This document shows, piece after piece, positions 1 through 9,634 of a stretch of DNA of 64,000 bases. The position numbers and the translations under genes are program-made. Each line of letters begins with the position of its first letter. Within the stretch, counting starts at the first letter, position 1. Origin of the DNA: Bacteroidota bacterium (lineage in GTDB: Bacteria > Bacteroidota > Bacteroidia > JABEUT01); the NCBI GenBank assembly GCA_013285655.1, contig JABDHI010000006.1, positions 933 through 64,932 on the forward strand, written 5' to 3'. The notes under the pieces are model-generated. The model worked only from the letters and a program-made list of their open reading frames with translations, made no database searches and was not told the DNA's origin.

Positions 1-115
1 AATCTATACCGCGTTCGCTGTACATCTTATCGCCTTCGGCTTGTAGCTTTTCGCCAATGCGCCTGAACCTTGTTGCGCCTGCCAGGTAACCTAGTTTCTG
101 GACTGTATCTGTCAT
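1..115 (-). CDS. N-terminal fragment of a possible winged-helix (MarR-like) regulator; gene runs off the left edge
   Basis: Reverse-strand ATG at 115..113; frame stays open to position 1 (MTDTVQKLGYLAGATRFRRIGEKLQAEGDKMYSERGID). Family guess rests only on remembered similar N-termini. Confidence 0.3.
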   Translation of the reverse strand, partial: MTDTVQKLGYLAGATRFRRIGEKLQAEGDKMYSERGID

Positions 116-283
116 GTATATATGAAATATGTTTTACAAATATATGAAAGTAGTTTCATATAACAAGTGAAAAGTTAAAAACTAATGGTGAAAAGCTTTT
201 AATCTCAGAGATACAAGAGCGCAATGTTATAGCTTGTCGAAACGCAATCCTTTTACTAGTTTTGTATTAACCAGTCATACATA

Positions 284-1012
284 TTGAGTCTGAGAAAGAA
301 CGATTTTCTTTTTTTGTTTTTGCTATTACCTTTTATGGGGCGTGCTCAGCTTGATATAAGGAATGATTCTACAAGGTATAAGGAGCTGGTATCGGTAAGT
401 ACCGGAGTGGGCGCTAGTTTTATGCAATTTGATTTGATAGCCAGTTTTAAAAACGGGTATTGGATTTCTCCGTATTTATTATACCCTTATAATTTGTCGG
501 CACCGGATTTTGTTTATCAATCAATTGTATATAATGGTTCTATTGATTGGCGGATATATAAGAACTCATACATTGGTATTGGTGCTACTTATCAATATCT
601 TATTGACCTACCTTGTGTTCAAATTGATCCATCACAACAAACTGAAAAGATTACCCGAACAAATTTTGGTGTTAGTTATTTTTATAATATTCCTTTATCG
701 GATGCATTAGATGCTTCACATGCCCTGGAAATGTACGGAGGTGGGAGGATTGGTATATCTTATTGGAAAGATGTGTTGCCCCAAGGAATGCCTTCTGATG
801 ATACCTATCTGGCGACCAATCGACCAAATGGGGTTTTGGTAAGAGGCAGTATTCAGGTGGTTTTATGTATGCGATGTTACCCGTTTTACAAAAGAAGCAG
901 GGCGAAAGCTTTGTTAGGTGGGTTAGGTATTCATGCTGATATTGCTTTTGGTACACCGTATTTTGCTGAAGGTGGTATTACGTTTGCTATAAATACCGTA
1001 CAAAAGCGCTAA
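284..1012 (+). CDS. hypothetical secreted / outer-membrane protein
   Basis: 242-aa ORF (TTG start) with a signal-like N-terminus LFLFLLLPFMGRAQ and Gly/aromatic-rich beta-strand-like sequence; no family recognised. Confidence 0.5.
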   Translation: MSLRKNDFLFLFLLLPFMGRAQLDIRNDSTRYKELVSVSTGVGASFMQFDLIASFKNGYWISPYLLYPYNLSAPDFVYQSIVYNGSIDWRIYKNSYIGIGATYQYLIDLPCVQIDPSQQTEKITRTNFGVSYFYNIPLSDALDASHALEMYGGGRIGISYWKDVLPQGMPSDDTYLATNRPNGVLVRGSIQVVLCMRCYPFYKRSRAKALLGGLGIHADIAFGTPYFAEGGITFAINTVQKR

Positions 1013-1078
1013 TTAAATTTCACCTAAGCCATCTCTATAGTAAAAGAATACAAGATGAGATCAAATTAGATAGAGTAA

Positions 1079-1143
1079 CGACACGTGAGGTGAAGAGAGG
1101 CGATAATAGGAATGGACACATAGATGCAAAGCACTGTGCCAAA
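1079..1143 (-). repeat. AB-element, module A only
   Basis: CGACACGTGAGGTGAAGAG...GACACATAGATGCAAAGCACTGTGCC matches module A of the family listed below. Confidence 0.8.
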
Positions 1144-1314
1144 ACCACGTGACAATTAAATATCGAATATCCAACAAGGAATGAAGAATGATGAATGGAA
1201 TACAGAAGAAAAAAAGAGGGGATGGTGCAACCTCACGAAAACCATCCCCCTATGTCTCGGCCCGGTAGTAAGCCCGACGCGAGACCCTTACAAGGAGCTA
1301 GCGCTCCAAAATAT

Positions 1315-2124
1315 TTAGTTCAACTTAAAGCTAACAGGCAATGTGTACTGTACACGCACGGCATGGCCGTTTTGTGAGCCTGGCTCCCAGCGTGGCATTT
1401 TTTGCAAGCCTTTAATAGTATTTTCACTCAGCTTATCGGCGCCTGCAATGCCGCGTAATATTTTAATATCGCTAACTGTGCCGTCGGTCTCTACCACAAA
1501 TGTGGCAAACACGGTGCCTTGTATACCAATTTCGCGGTACTCAGCCGGAAACTCAACATGTTCGCTGATGAACTCGCCCATATCGCCGGGAAACTTTGGC
1601 ATTACTTGCGCTACGTGGAATATTTCAGTGCTTGTTGTACCCGATGGCCCCGGATCGGCTTGCTGTATAATAACCGGGTCGTGGGTTGGTGTACCGGTAA
1701 TGTTGGTACCACCAATGATCATGTGTTCCAAGTCGTGGTTTGTTTTTTCACTATCTTTTTGGTCGGGTGTTTGCACCACAATTGGTACCAGGTGTTGCGC
1801 TTGTGGTGGCGGCTTTACATTAGTTGTTTTGGGTGGAACAACTTTAGCTTTAACCGGCGGAGTGTAATAAAAAGCTTTAACTATGCGATTAAATTCTTTA
1901 GTAGCAGGTGTAATATCGTGCTTCCAGTATTTGCTTATTAATAATGGCACACCACCGCCAACTACCAATAACGATAAGCTGAAAAGTAAACCCATTAAAA
2001 GTGCATTGTTGTAACGTTGCCTTACATAGTAGGCCCCGTAGGCTTTATTACGCCCTTCGAATACAACTTCGTTGCGACCCAGGCTGGTAACATCGTCCCA
2101 GCTTCCGTTTGTTGTGTGTCCCAT
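1315..2124 (-). CDS. TonB-family energy transducer
   Basis: N-terminal TM anchor (LLMGLLFSLSLLVVGG), a Pro-rich spacer (PPVKAKVVPPKTTNVKPPPQ) and a C-terminal TonB domain (GIQGTVFATFVVETDGTVSDIKILRG...VQYTLPVSFKL). Confidence 0.8.
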   Translation of the reverse strand: MGHTTNGSWDDVTSLGRNEVVFEGRNKAYGAYYVRQRYNNALLMGLLFSLSLLVVGGGVPLLISKYWKHDITPATKEFNRIVKAFYYTPPVKAKVVPPKTTNVKPPPQAQHLVPIVVQTPDQKDSEKTNHDLEHMIIGGTNITGTPTHDPVIIQQADPGPSGTTSTEIFHVAQVMPKFPGDMGEFISEHVEFPAEYREIGIQGTVFATFVVETDGTVSDIKILRGIAGADKLSENTIKGLQKMPRWEPGSQNGHAVRVQYTLPVSFKLN

Positions 2125-2485
2125 GGTTGGTTGATTTTAAAGTTGGGTCACTTTGCTGCATGCGATGTTGTTTTGATTTAATAACGTGCTGTGGTTTCGA
2201 ATATTGTACGTGCGTATAAAAAATAAGTTTCAGTTAGTATAACCACGGAGGTGCAAAGGGGCAAAAATGTTGGCGCTAACCACCGAATTTAAATTGGAGT
2301 TTTAACAGGGGGAATTTTTTTTAAAGCCAAATTTTACCGTTTTACAGATTAAAAAGGCCATATTAACCGAATTTAATCTCCCCACAGGCCCGATTGATTT
2401 TAATTTTATACTAAACTACTAAGCTTGTATAAAGCAAAATAACAGAGAGACGTAATTAAAACTAATTTTATAAAAAACTAAAATT

Positions 2486-3253
2486 ATGAAAACGATTATA
2501 CTTTTTATTATCTCATTTTCCTTACTAGTGCAAAATGCGATAGCCCAACAACAACCAACAGATACTACATTTGGGAAAAGTGCTAATTACCTTGGCGATG
2601 GTGCTATACCTGATAATAGCAGGACAAAGCTTCTGCCTTCCTTAATACTTCCTGTGGCTTTAATAGGGTATGGATTAACCACCTTGCAAAATCACGGCCT
2701 TTATAGCAGTTACCAGGCAAAGACCGATATTCAGCGCGCATTTGGTAACCAGGGAGCACCGATTGATAACTATTTAGTTTTTTCGCCTTATGTAGAATTT
2801 GGTGCACTGGTTTTGTTTAAGGTTAACTGTAAAAACGATATGGTTAACACACTGCTGATAATTGGTAAATCGGAGATATTGATGTTGGCAATTGTTGAAC
2901 CTTTAAAATACATTACAAAAGAAGAACGCCCCGATCACTCCGATGATCTGTCTTTCCCTTCAGGCCACACAGCTGAAGCATTTGAAGCTGCTACCATTGT
3001 TTACCGCGAATTCAGGTATAAAAGCCCCTGGTATGGCATAGGTGCTTATGCATTAGCTACCACTGTAGGTATGTACCGTATGATAAATAATAAGCATTGG
3101 GAAAGCGATGTAATTGTGGGTGCCGGTATTGGTATTTTATCTGCCAATTTGGTTTATGCTACCCACCTTTACCGTTGGGGCCGTAAAGATTATTGCTTTA
3201 TGCCTATGTATAATGGTACCAGTCAGGGTTTGATGTTTACCTGCACTTTGTAG
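2486..3253 (+). CDS. PAP2-superfamily phosphatase (membrane)
   Basis: Signal peptide plus the PAP2 motifs KEERPD, PSGH and HWESDVIVG. Confidence 0.85.
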   Translation: MKTIILFIISFSLLVQNAIAQQQPTDTTFGKSANYLGDGAIPDNSRTKLLPSLILPVALIGYGLTTLQNHGLYSSYQAKTDIQRAFGNQGAPIDNYLVFSPYVEFGALVLFKVNCKNDMVNTLLIIGKSEILMLAIVEPLKYITKEERPDHSDDLSFPSGHTAEAFEAATIVYREFRYKSPWYGIGAYALATTVGMYRMINNKHWESDVIVGAGIGILSANLVYATHLYRWGRKDYCFMPMYNGTSQGLMFTCTL

Positions 3254-3295
3254 TTTTTAATATTGAGTTTGTAGAAGTATTCCTCCTTTATTTTG

Positions 3296-3468
3296 TTGGG
3301 CGTTTCCCTCGTGCCTCTGGTCGGGTCCCGCAATGCTGCGGGATCCTCGCTTCACTGCGGGCTTTCCGCTACTATCCCTAACGCAAACTACTATTGCACA
3401 AAATAACGGCACGTGAGGTGAAGAGAGAAAATGATAGGACTTGACACATAGATGTAAAGTACTGTGCC
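3296..3468 (-). repeat. AB-element, full copy (modules B+A on the reverse strand)
   Basis: TTGGGCGTTTCCC...CCCTAACGC (module B, rc) followed by CGGCACGTGAGGTGAAGAG...GACACATAGATG...CTGTGCC (module A, rc). Confidence 0.9.
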
Positions 3469-3493
3469 TCGTTAAATTAGAACTAGCCCCCAA

Positions 3494-5053
3494 TCACTGA
3501 ATGATAATCTTCTCCAACCTATTCTTATCGGTTATGGTGTAGATGTTGTTGTTATAGGTATCAGCAAACTTATAAGCGACCGGGCCAATAACAACATCGT
3601 TAGGGTTTTGTAAGTTGACAATGGCAACATGCTGCTTGCCGATATCAAACAATAACAAAAAGCCTTTTACAGGTAGCAATGATGAAATGTATTTAATATC
3701 CTTAAAATGTTTTGTGAAAAGTAATTGATGTGTTTTCGCATCAAAGCACCACAGGTAATTATTAAATGCTATAAATAACCTAACGCCATCGCTGTTTTCG
3801 GCCATATAAACGCCATCGTCGTAAGCACTGTATACGGGCGGCTTCCCGATCGCTGAATCAGGAAAATAGCTGGTGATGTCGTATCGCCATGATGTAGCCA
3901 GTGAATCGTAGGTATCGGTTAAGAAATAATGTGTTTCTGTTTTGCCTTTTTTATTTACAATCTGAAGTATCTGCAATGGTCCGGTCGGTAGCGGTAGTTC
4001 CGCATCGGAGTAATCATTTGGGAATTGTGTTTCTTTTAAAACTTTACCCGTGTGCAGATCCATAACAATGGTGAACAATTTCATATCGCCATTTTTGTAA
4101 GTAACCACCTTGGTAAAGCTTACCGAATCACCATCAACGGTAGTGTTGTCCTCGTAGTTTATGCGTTCGGCATTGCTATCGTTAAATGTAGCTGGGTATT
4201 GCGGGAAAAAAGGAGAACTGCCTGCAAAATATTTCGTTTGGAGTCTTTCGGTATGCCATGTGGTATCGGGTTCCCAGGTAAACCTAAAGTGTTTCCAATC
4301 GAACACCAGGTTTGCTGAGCCATGGTCGGGGTCATGAGTGTATGATTCAGTCTTAAGTAAATAATGTTGGGTGTTGTCAATTTTCCAAAGTAGTTTAAGC
4401 GTGGTGAGGTCAATACCAAAAGTGTATTGCGTAACGTGAATGATAAGTACATTTTTGCAGATCATTTTAATATCGCCATGCACGTTACCGGCAATTTTTG
4501 TAGCCACACCCGTTTTAATGCTTACCCGATAAATAGGGCAGTCGAGCGTGTCGTCGTCGCCAATGGCTTGTAAAAAAAGGGTGCTGTCTATCTTGGTGAG
4601 GTACGATATGGTATAGTCGTCGATATTGGTGAGGAACGAATCTTTCAACGTGTATTGGTTCAGCATAAAAAGGCTGTCGTGGTGCGTATGGTAAATATTT
4701 GTGCTGTCTTCGCAATACAATGCATGCTTACTAACAGTTAATGTTTTTACTTTTTCACCGGTTTTGCCATTTATGTAAATGTATTGGGGGCCTACCTCTT
4801 TCGATTTTACATAGAGCTGGTTTATCCTTACCACATCGCCAAAAAAGTTTAGCGGGTTTAAGTCAGGAAAGAGATTGGTTGTTATTGCTGTACTCCACAC
4901 AGGGTGCTGCATTGCGCTTAATACTGCTGCAGATGTTTGTGCTTTGCAGTAAACTGCAATAACCAGAGTAAGTATGAAGCAGAGTTTTTTCAATATTTTA
5001 CTGTTGCATAAAAATAGCAAATAAGTTGCTATTTGTTCCCCTGCCGACCTCAC
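3494..5053 (-). CDS. hypothetical secreted protein
   Basis: 519-aa uninterrupted ORF with a hydrophobic N-terminus (CFILTLVIAVYCKAQ); no family recognised; the exact start is uncertain. Confidence 0.55.
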   Translation of the reverse strand: MRSAGEQIATYLLFLCNSKILKKLCFILTLVIAVYCKAQTSAAVLSAMQHPVWSTAITTNLFPDLNPLNFFGDVVRINQLYVKSKEVGPQYIYINGKTGEKVKTLTVSKHALYCEDSTNIYHTHHDSLFMLNQYTLKDSFLTNIDDYTISYLTKIDSTLFLQAIGDDDTLDCPIYRVSIKTGVATKIAGNVHGDIKMICKNVLIIHVTQYTFGIDLTTLKLLWKIDNTQHYLLKTESYTHDPDHGSANLVFDWKHFRFTWEPDTTWHTERLQTKYFAGSSPFFPQYPATFNDSNAERINYEDNTTVDGDSVSFTKVVTYKNGDMKLFTIVMDLHTGKVLKETQFPNDYSDAELPLPTGPLQILQIVNKKGKTETHYFLTDTYDSLATSWRYDITSYFPDSAIGKPPVYSAYDDGVYMAENSDGVRLFIAFNNYLWCFDAKTHQLLFTKHFKDIKYISSLLPVKGFLLLFDIGKQHVAIVNLQNPNDVVIGPVAYKFADTYNNNIYTITDKNRLEKIIIQ

Positions 5054-5100
5054 CCTTTATCCCTCTCCTTGCTCAAGGAGAGGGTCGGAATATTCTTAAA

Positions 5101-6420
5101 TTATTGTGGCATAAAAATAACTTTTCCGCTAATACCATTTGCACCATCATTACCAGGCAGGCCATCATTGCCTCTGTTGCCTGACATGCCCGATGGATTG
5201 CCGCTGCCGCCACTGCCGCCAGCACCACCGCTGCCGGCCATGCCTCCCATGCCACCAGTGCCGGGTATGCTTACTGCAGTAAGTAAATTTAAGTAGGGTT
5301 GTGCTGCAGCGTTATAAATTACGGTAATGTTTCCTCCGTTGCTACCATTGTCGCCATCAGTACCGTTACCGCCATCGTCGCCATTACTGCCATCGCTACC
5401 GGGCCCTTGAGATGTAATAGTAGTTGTACTTGTTGTACCATCGGCGTTAGTGGTAGTTTCATCAGTAGTGCTTATTATACCATCTGAACCATTACTGCCA
5501 TTGGCGCCTGTATATCCTTGTGTGCCATCGGCACCGTTAGCGCCCTTGGTGCTGATATGTATAGAGCCGCCCACAGTATTAAATACATAGTCGTACGCCT
5601 TTTTGCCAATGCTATCACTAACATGTATATGCATAAGCTTGGCATGTATAAGGCTATCGTCATACACATTAGCCGTAACCTTTAGGTTGTGGCCGGTATT
5701 TGCCGATGCAATGTTGCATTGGTAATTTGCCACATAATCGAGCACTATTTGCAACGTATCTTTTATGGCAGGATCTTTAGCTAAAATAGCTATCAGCCTC
5801 ACTTTGTCGTTTATAATTTTAACAGGGTCGTTATCTATCTTCAGGTCACCCTTCGATTTTGATATGTGGCTGCCACTATCAGCGGCAAGTACAAAATCTT
5901 GCAGATTTTTAGATGCAGGAGCCCATTTGTCAACTGTCATTTTGTTATTGTAAGTGGTATGTATGCCAAACCCCACATGGTTGCCGGGAGCTTTAGTAAA
6001 GGTGCCTTTGGTTAATATTTTTATTCCGGTTTCGTAGTTGTAAGGTATTTTGCCGGTGAGTAAAAGAGCGCCTTTGCCGCCAAGTAACCATTTGCGGGCA
6101 TAAACATGCACCGTTACCGAATCGCCTTTTTTGTAAAGAGTTGTTGAGCCACCCATTTTAATTTTACCATTGGTATAGCTGCCACTGTCAACCTCAATGC
6201 GGTATTTGGTCCAGTTGTAGTTGCCATTTAATAAGCCACGGGTTTGTTGTAACACGCCCTTGTCAGAATAGCTGACAATGCCAATAGGCACTTTATTGCC
6301 AGATATGCGCAATACGTTAGTATCGTATTTTAGTTTAATAGTTTGTTGGCTGCCAGGTGTGGTTTGCGTAAAACCGATAGCTGCAATAAATAAAGCAGCT
6401 AGTGTGGTTGGGGTTTTCAT
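5101..6420 (-). CDS. secreted protein with C-terminal collagen-like G-X-Y repeats
   Basis: Signal peptide MKTPTTLAALFIAAIGFTQT. The C-terminal ~130 aa are dominated by GxxGxx triplets (GANGADGTQGYTGANGSNGSDG...GNRGNDGLPGNDGANGISG). Confidence 0.65.
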   Translation of the reverse strand: MKTPTTLAALFIAAIGFTQTTPGSQQTIKLKYDTNVLRISGNKVPIGIVSYSDKGVLQQTRGLLNGNYNWTKYRIEVDSGSYTNGKIKMGGSTTLYKKGDSVTVHVYARKWLLGGKGALLLTGKIPYNYETGIKILTKGTFTKAPGNHVGFGIHTTYNNKMTVDKWAPASKNLQDFVLAADSGSHISKSKGDLKIDNDPVKIINDKVRLIAILAKDPAIKDTLQIVLDYVANYQCNIASANTGHNLKVTANVYDDSLIHAKLMHIHVSDSIGKKAYDYVFNTVGGSIHISTKGANGADGTQGYTGANGSNGSDGIISTTDETTTNADGTTSTTTITSQGPGSDGSNGDDGGNGTDGDNGSNGGNITVIYNAAAQPYLNLLTAVSIPGTGGMGGMAGSGGAGGSGGSGNPSGMSGNRGNDGLPGNDGANGISGKVIFMPQ

Positions 6421-6667
6421 AGGGGTTTGGGGTAAAAAGGTTTTAAAAATAATAAATAATTACCTGAGCGTTCTTTAACAAAAGTTTGATGAAGATTTGG
6501 TGAGCAGGTTTAATTGCAAAAATTTCAACAAGGTGGTTTTTAACACTTTTTAAGAAATGCTGTGTTTTACCGCAGAGACGCAAAGGAGCAAAATTCCCGT
6601 CATTGCGAGGAACGAAGCAATCTTATCAAATTATGGTAGCCTTTATTCAAGGAAAATTTAAGATGAT

Positions 6668-6883
6668 TTATTTGGGCAAGCCCCGGTCATGTCTTCCCCA
6701 CCAAAGCTTATAGCCAGCAATATTTTCGTAATAAGAAAGATTGAATCTATATGTTCCCGAGTTAATAAATTCTTCTCCCGTTCCACAGAACCCCATTGGC
6801 TTTCTGTATCGTATTTTGTTTTTAACTACTCCGGCGACAAGGACTGCAATAAATAGTAGAAATATGCTGAAGATACTTCTCAT
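6668..6883 (-). CDS. small membrane-anchored hypothetical protein
   Basis: 71-aa ORF with an N-terminal TM segment; its start overlaps the stop of the upstream gene by 4 nt. Confidence 0.3.
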   Translation of the reverse strand: MRSIFSIFLLFIAVLVAGVVKNKIRYRKPMGFCGTGEEFINSGTYRFNLSYYENIAGYKLWWGRHDRGLPK

Positions 6884-7413
6884 TTGCTCGCTCCTCTTTT
6901 CAATATTTCAGCTCTTAACTCATCAGCCGGAAAGGCAGCGCAGTAGTTACCAATACGCTTTCGCTTACCATTGTATTTATAAAAAAGCACTATCGGGTTT
7001 TTGTAATAGTTTGATGTTAAACGCAGCGATCGTAAAAGAGATTGTGCCCTACTGTTTTCTTCTACATACAAATCGGTTAGTTGGTTTATTTCATAAACCT
7101 CGTTAGTTTCTTTCTGGCCAATTATTTTGTTAATGGTCATGGTTGTTTTATCGAGCGTAATGGTTTCATTGCCCTTAAATATCCACATTATCCATTTGCT
7201 TGTTTCAACAAACCTGAATGCAATTTGTATAAACGCTAAAGGAAACAGAATAAGTAGAAAATTGTTTTTCAAATACAATGGTGCTTTTATAATGAGCAAA
7301 TAGGCTAAAAGCCCCAACGCTACTAAGGAGAAGGCCAGTTGAAATACGAAGGTGAATTTTAAACCGCTAGCGGGTTTTAACTCGAGTGTGTAAATGTCTG
7401 TTGTTTGATTCAT
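6880..7413 (-). CDS. hypothetical membrane protein
   Basis: 177-aa ORF with two clear hydrophobic helices (FVFQLAFSLVALGLLAYLLII, LLILFPLAFIQIAF). Confidence 0.55.
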   Translation of the reverse strand: MNQTTDIYTLELKPASGLKFTFVFQLAFSLVALGLLAYLLIIKAPLYLKNNFLLILFPLAFIQIAFRFVETSKWIMWIFKGNETITLDKTTMTINKIIGQKETNEVYEINQLTDLYVEENSRAQSLLRSLRLTSNYYKNPIVLFYKYNGKRKRIGNYCAAFPADELRAEILKRGASK

Positions 7414-7726
7414 AATGGTGGTGTTTGTTTTGTAAAAATAGCAAATAATTATCTGTTAATCTGTGGCTGTTTTTTTGACGCGAATTTCACGAATTTTTAC
7501 GCCAATTTCGTCCACCATTTACCATTCACAATTCACCATTTTTTTGCTAAGCAGTAGCTACGAGGAAGCATATGCTTAATTGTAGCTTATTTTTTGTGCC
7601 TAAAAACCGGTATGTAAAACCGCCGCCGGAACACCTGCTATTGTTTAATTACCAGTTATTTAAGAGCGATGTTGTTCTGTGATTATTTAATTAGAAATTT
7701 TAATAAGAAAAATGAAATTTTGGGCA

Positions 7727-7814
7727 CTTTTCTCTCTTTCTTTTTTAAGGGGATATAGAAAGGGGGGTATAAGGGGGGAAAGAAAAATGGGAGTTTTTTT
7801 CTTTCTCTCTTTTC
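7727..7814. repeat. homopyrimidine mirror repeat flanking a purine-rich core
   Basis: CTTTTCTCTCTTTCTTTTTT (7727-7746) mirrors TTTTTTTCTTTCTCTCTTTTC (7794-7814). The two flank AAGGGGATATAGAAAGGGGGGTATAAGGGGGGAAAGAAAAATGGGAG. Confidence 0.8.
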
Positions 7815-7871
7815 GTAAAACGGTGCGGAATTGATGGCTTGAATTATCCCGATAAATTAGTTCGGTTTTCA

Positions 7872-8042
7872 GGCACAATTCTCTGCAACTATGTGTCCGT
7901 TTCTGTTATCGTCACTTTTCACCTCACGTGCCGTCACTTTGTGCGCTGGTATTTCGCGTTAGGGATGGCAGCGGTTACCCCGCAGCGCAGCGAGGAGTAA
8001 AAGCGTACAGCCCGACCCGACGTTAGGAGGGGAACGCCCAAG
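7872..8042 (+). repeat. AB-element, full copy
   Basis: GGCACAATTCTCTGCAACTATGTGTC...CACCTCACGTGCC, then a linker, then GCGTTAGGGATGGCAGCGGTTACCCCGCAGCGCAGCGAGGAG...GGGGAACGCCCAAG. Confidence 0.9.
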
Positions 8043-8070
8043 AGTTTAAAACAAATCTAAATTTTTGAGT

Positions 8071-8127
8071 TGTTGAAAACTAACAGCACAAAATGTTTAT
8101 TAGTATTTAACATTGTGTTTACCTTTG
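8071..8127 (+). promoter_or_regulatory. conserved promoter block ending in a Bacteroidota -7 box (TACCTTTG)
   Basis: This 57-nt block aligns without gaps to 27069-27125 (blocks TGTTGAAAACTA, TGTTTATTAGTA and AACATTGTGTTTA.CTTTG are identical). A TAnnTTTG box lies at 8120-8127. Confidence 0.6.
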
Positions 8128-8238
8128 CAACGTCAAACAAACGCTGAATTTTGAATTCTAAATCTTAAATTTTGAATTGAAAACGGCGAACCACAGTACT
8201 CATTTAGAATTTAAAATTCAACATATAAAATTGCAGTT

Positions 8239-9339
8239 ATGGGAGCCATACCATTCAAACACTACTCGCTCGATGCACCCGATGCAGCCTGGGATGCAGA
8301 TGCCGAAATTGCCAAGGCCGGTACCGACGACCTGCGCGTTATGTGCGCCTGGGACGATGTTACCCGCCCTGAGCAGAAGAACGGCTACAAGCTGCCTCAC
8401 CACCGTGCCGATACATACCACACCAACCTCAAGGGCCTTATGGCCGCAGGCAATGCGCTGATGGGTGCACGTGGCGGCGTTGAAATACCGAAGTATGATT
8501 TAGATGCTGTGAAAGCGCATTTGCAAAAGCACTACCACGAGTTTGGCCGCACTGCTCCCTGGGAGAGCAAAGCCGAATGGCGCTGGTACCAAACCAAAAG
8601 CGCAGGCAACAACTCACTGAAAGATGTTGATACCACTGGCCGCACTGTTTGTGGATATTTTGCATCGTTCAACACCACGGACAGCGATGGCGATATGTTT
8701 GCACCCGGTTGCTTTGCCAAAAGCCTGAACGAAAACAGTAGTCGCATTATGCACCTGTTGCAACACAACACCCTGCAACCTATTGGCCGCCCCAGCTTGC
8801 TGAAAGAAGATAACACGGGTTTGTACTTCGAAACACCTATTGCTAAAACACAACTGGGCGATAATGTGTTACAACTTTACCGCGATGGTGTGTACAAGGA
8901 GCATAGCGTGGGCTTTGAGATGATAAACTCTTCAATCGAAGCCCTTCGACAAGCTCAGGGTGACCGTCATGTTGAGCCTGTCGAAACATCTGTAAATGTT
9001 ATTAAGGAGGCTAAGTTGTGGGAGGGCTCAACCGTTACCTGGGGAGCGAACCATAATACTCCGCTGGTTGGCATAAAATCAAATTACTCACTGCCCAATA
9101 CTCACTACTCACATCTAACATCACAGAATATTCTCGATGAGGCGCTGGAGCGCAGTTCGCTTATTTACAAGCAGCTGCACCGCGGCAACCTACACGATGA
9201 TACCTATACACTTTTAGAGATTGAGCTTAAGCAGTTACAGGCTCTTTTGGCAGCAAGGCCGTGCGATCACACTTTGCCCGCTTCAAACGATGCTGAGCTT
9301 AATGTGCTCAATAAGATCAATTCTTTGCTTAAACAATAA
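8239..9339 (+). CDS. phage prohead (capsid maturation) protease, HK97/S78 family, with an N-terminal extra domain and C-terminal coiled coil
   Basis: Protease core GRTVCGYFASFNTTDSDGDMFAPGCF...LLQHN...HSVGF...AKLWEGSTVTWGANHNT. The N-terminal KLPHH domain is common in phage protease fusions. The gene lies directly upstream of the capsid gene. Confidence 0.85.
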   Translation: MGAIPFKHYSLDAPDAAWDADAEIAKAGTDDLRVMCAWDDVTRPEQKNGYKLPHHRADTYHTNLKGLMAAGNALMGARGGVEIPKYDLDAVKAHLQKHYHEFGRTAPWESKAEWRWYQTKSAGNNSLKDVDTTGRTVCGYFASFNTTDSDGDMFAPGCFAKSLNENSSRIMHLLQHNTLQPIGRPSLLKEDNTGLYFETPIAKTQLGDNVLQLYRDGVYKEHSVGFEMINSSIEALRQAQGDRHVEPVETSVNVIKEAKLWEGSTVTWGANHNTPLVGIKSNYSLPNTHYSHLTSQNILDEALERSSLIYKQLHRGNLHDDTYTLLEIELKQLQALLAARPCDHTLPASNDAELNVLNKINSLLKQ

Positions 9340-9361
9340 AGGCATTATGATGACTTGGATA

Positions 9362-9532
9362 TGGCACAATCCTTTGCATCTATGTGTCAAGTCCTATCAT
9401 CTTCTCTCATCACCTCACGTGCCATTACTAAGGCGCGCTGGTGTTTCGCGTTAGGGATTGCAGTGGAAAGCCCGGAGTGTAGCGAGGACTTGTAACGTAA
9501 AGCCCGACCCGAGGAACGAGGGGAACGCCCAA
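9362..9532 (+). repeat. AB-element, full copy
   Basis: TGGCACAATCCTTTGCATCTATGTGTCAAG...CACCTCACGTGCC, then GCGTTAGGGATTGCAGTGGAAAGCCCGGAG...GGGGAACGCCCAAG. Confidence 0.9.
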
Positions 9533-9634
9533 GTAATAATGAATAGATTCTTCGCTTCACTCAGAATGACAAAAACTGAGATTGCTTCGTGCCTCGCAAT
9601 GACGAATACAGAAATAACAATTAAACACTGAACA

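Noticed and set aside
3257-3493. ORF-track ORFs that run through AB elements and other repeats (3257-3493, 9221-9454, 9451-9927, 17254-17505, 17281-17715, 21698-21961, 21781-22053, 1195-1377).
   Set aside because: The 'proteins' are translations of repeat DNA. Different copies of the same repeat differ by indels and are read in different frames and strands. Several of these ORFs also overlap well-supported genes (MCP, GNAT). They are not coding.
5033-5296. Pro-rich 87-aa ORF (...PLPPLPPAPPLPAMPPMPPVPG...).
   Set aside because: It is the antisense reading of the Gly-X-Y collagen-like repeat of 5101-6420 (GGN codons read as NCC).
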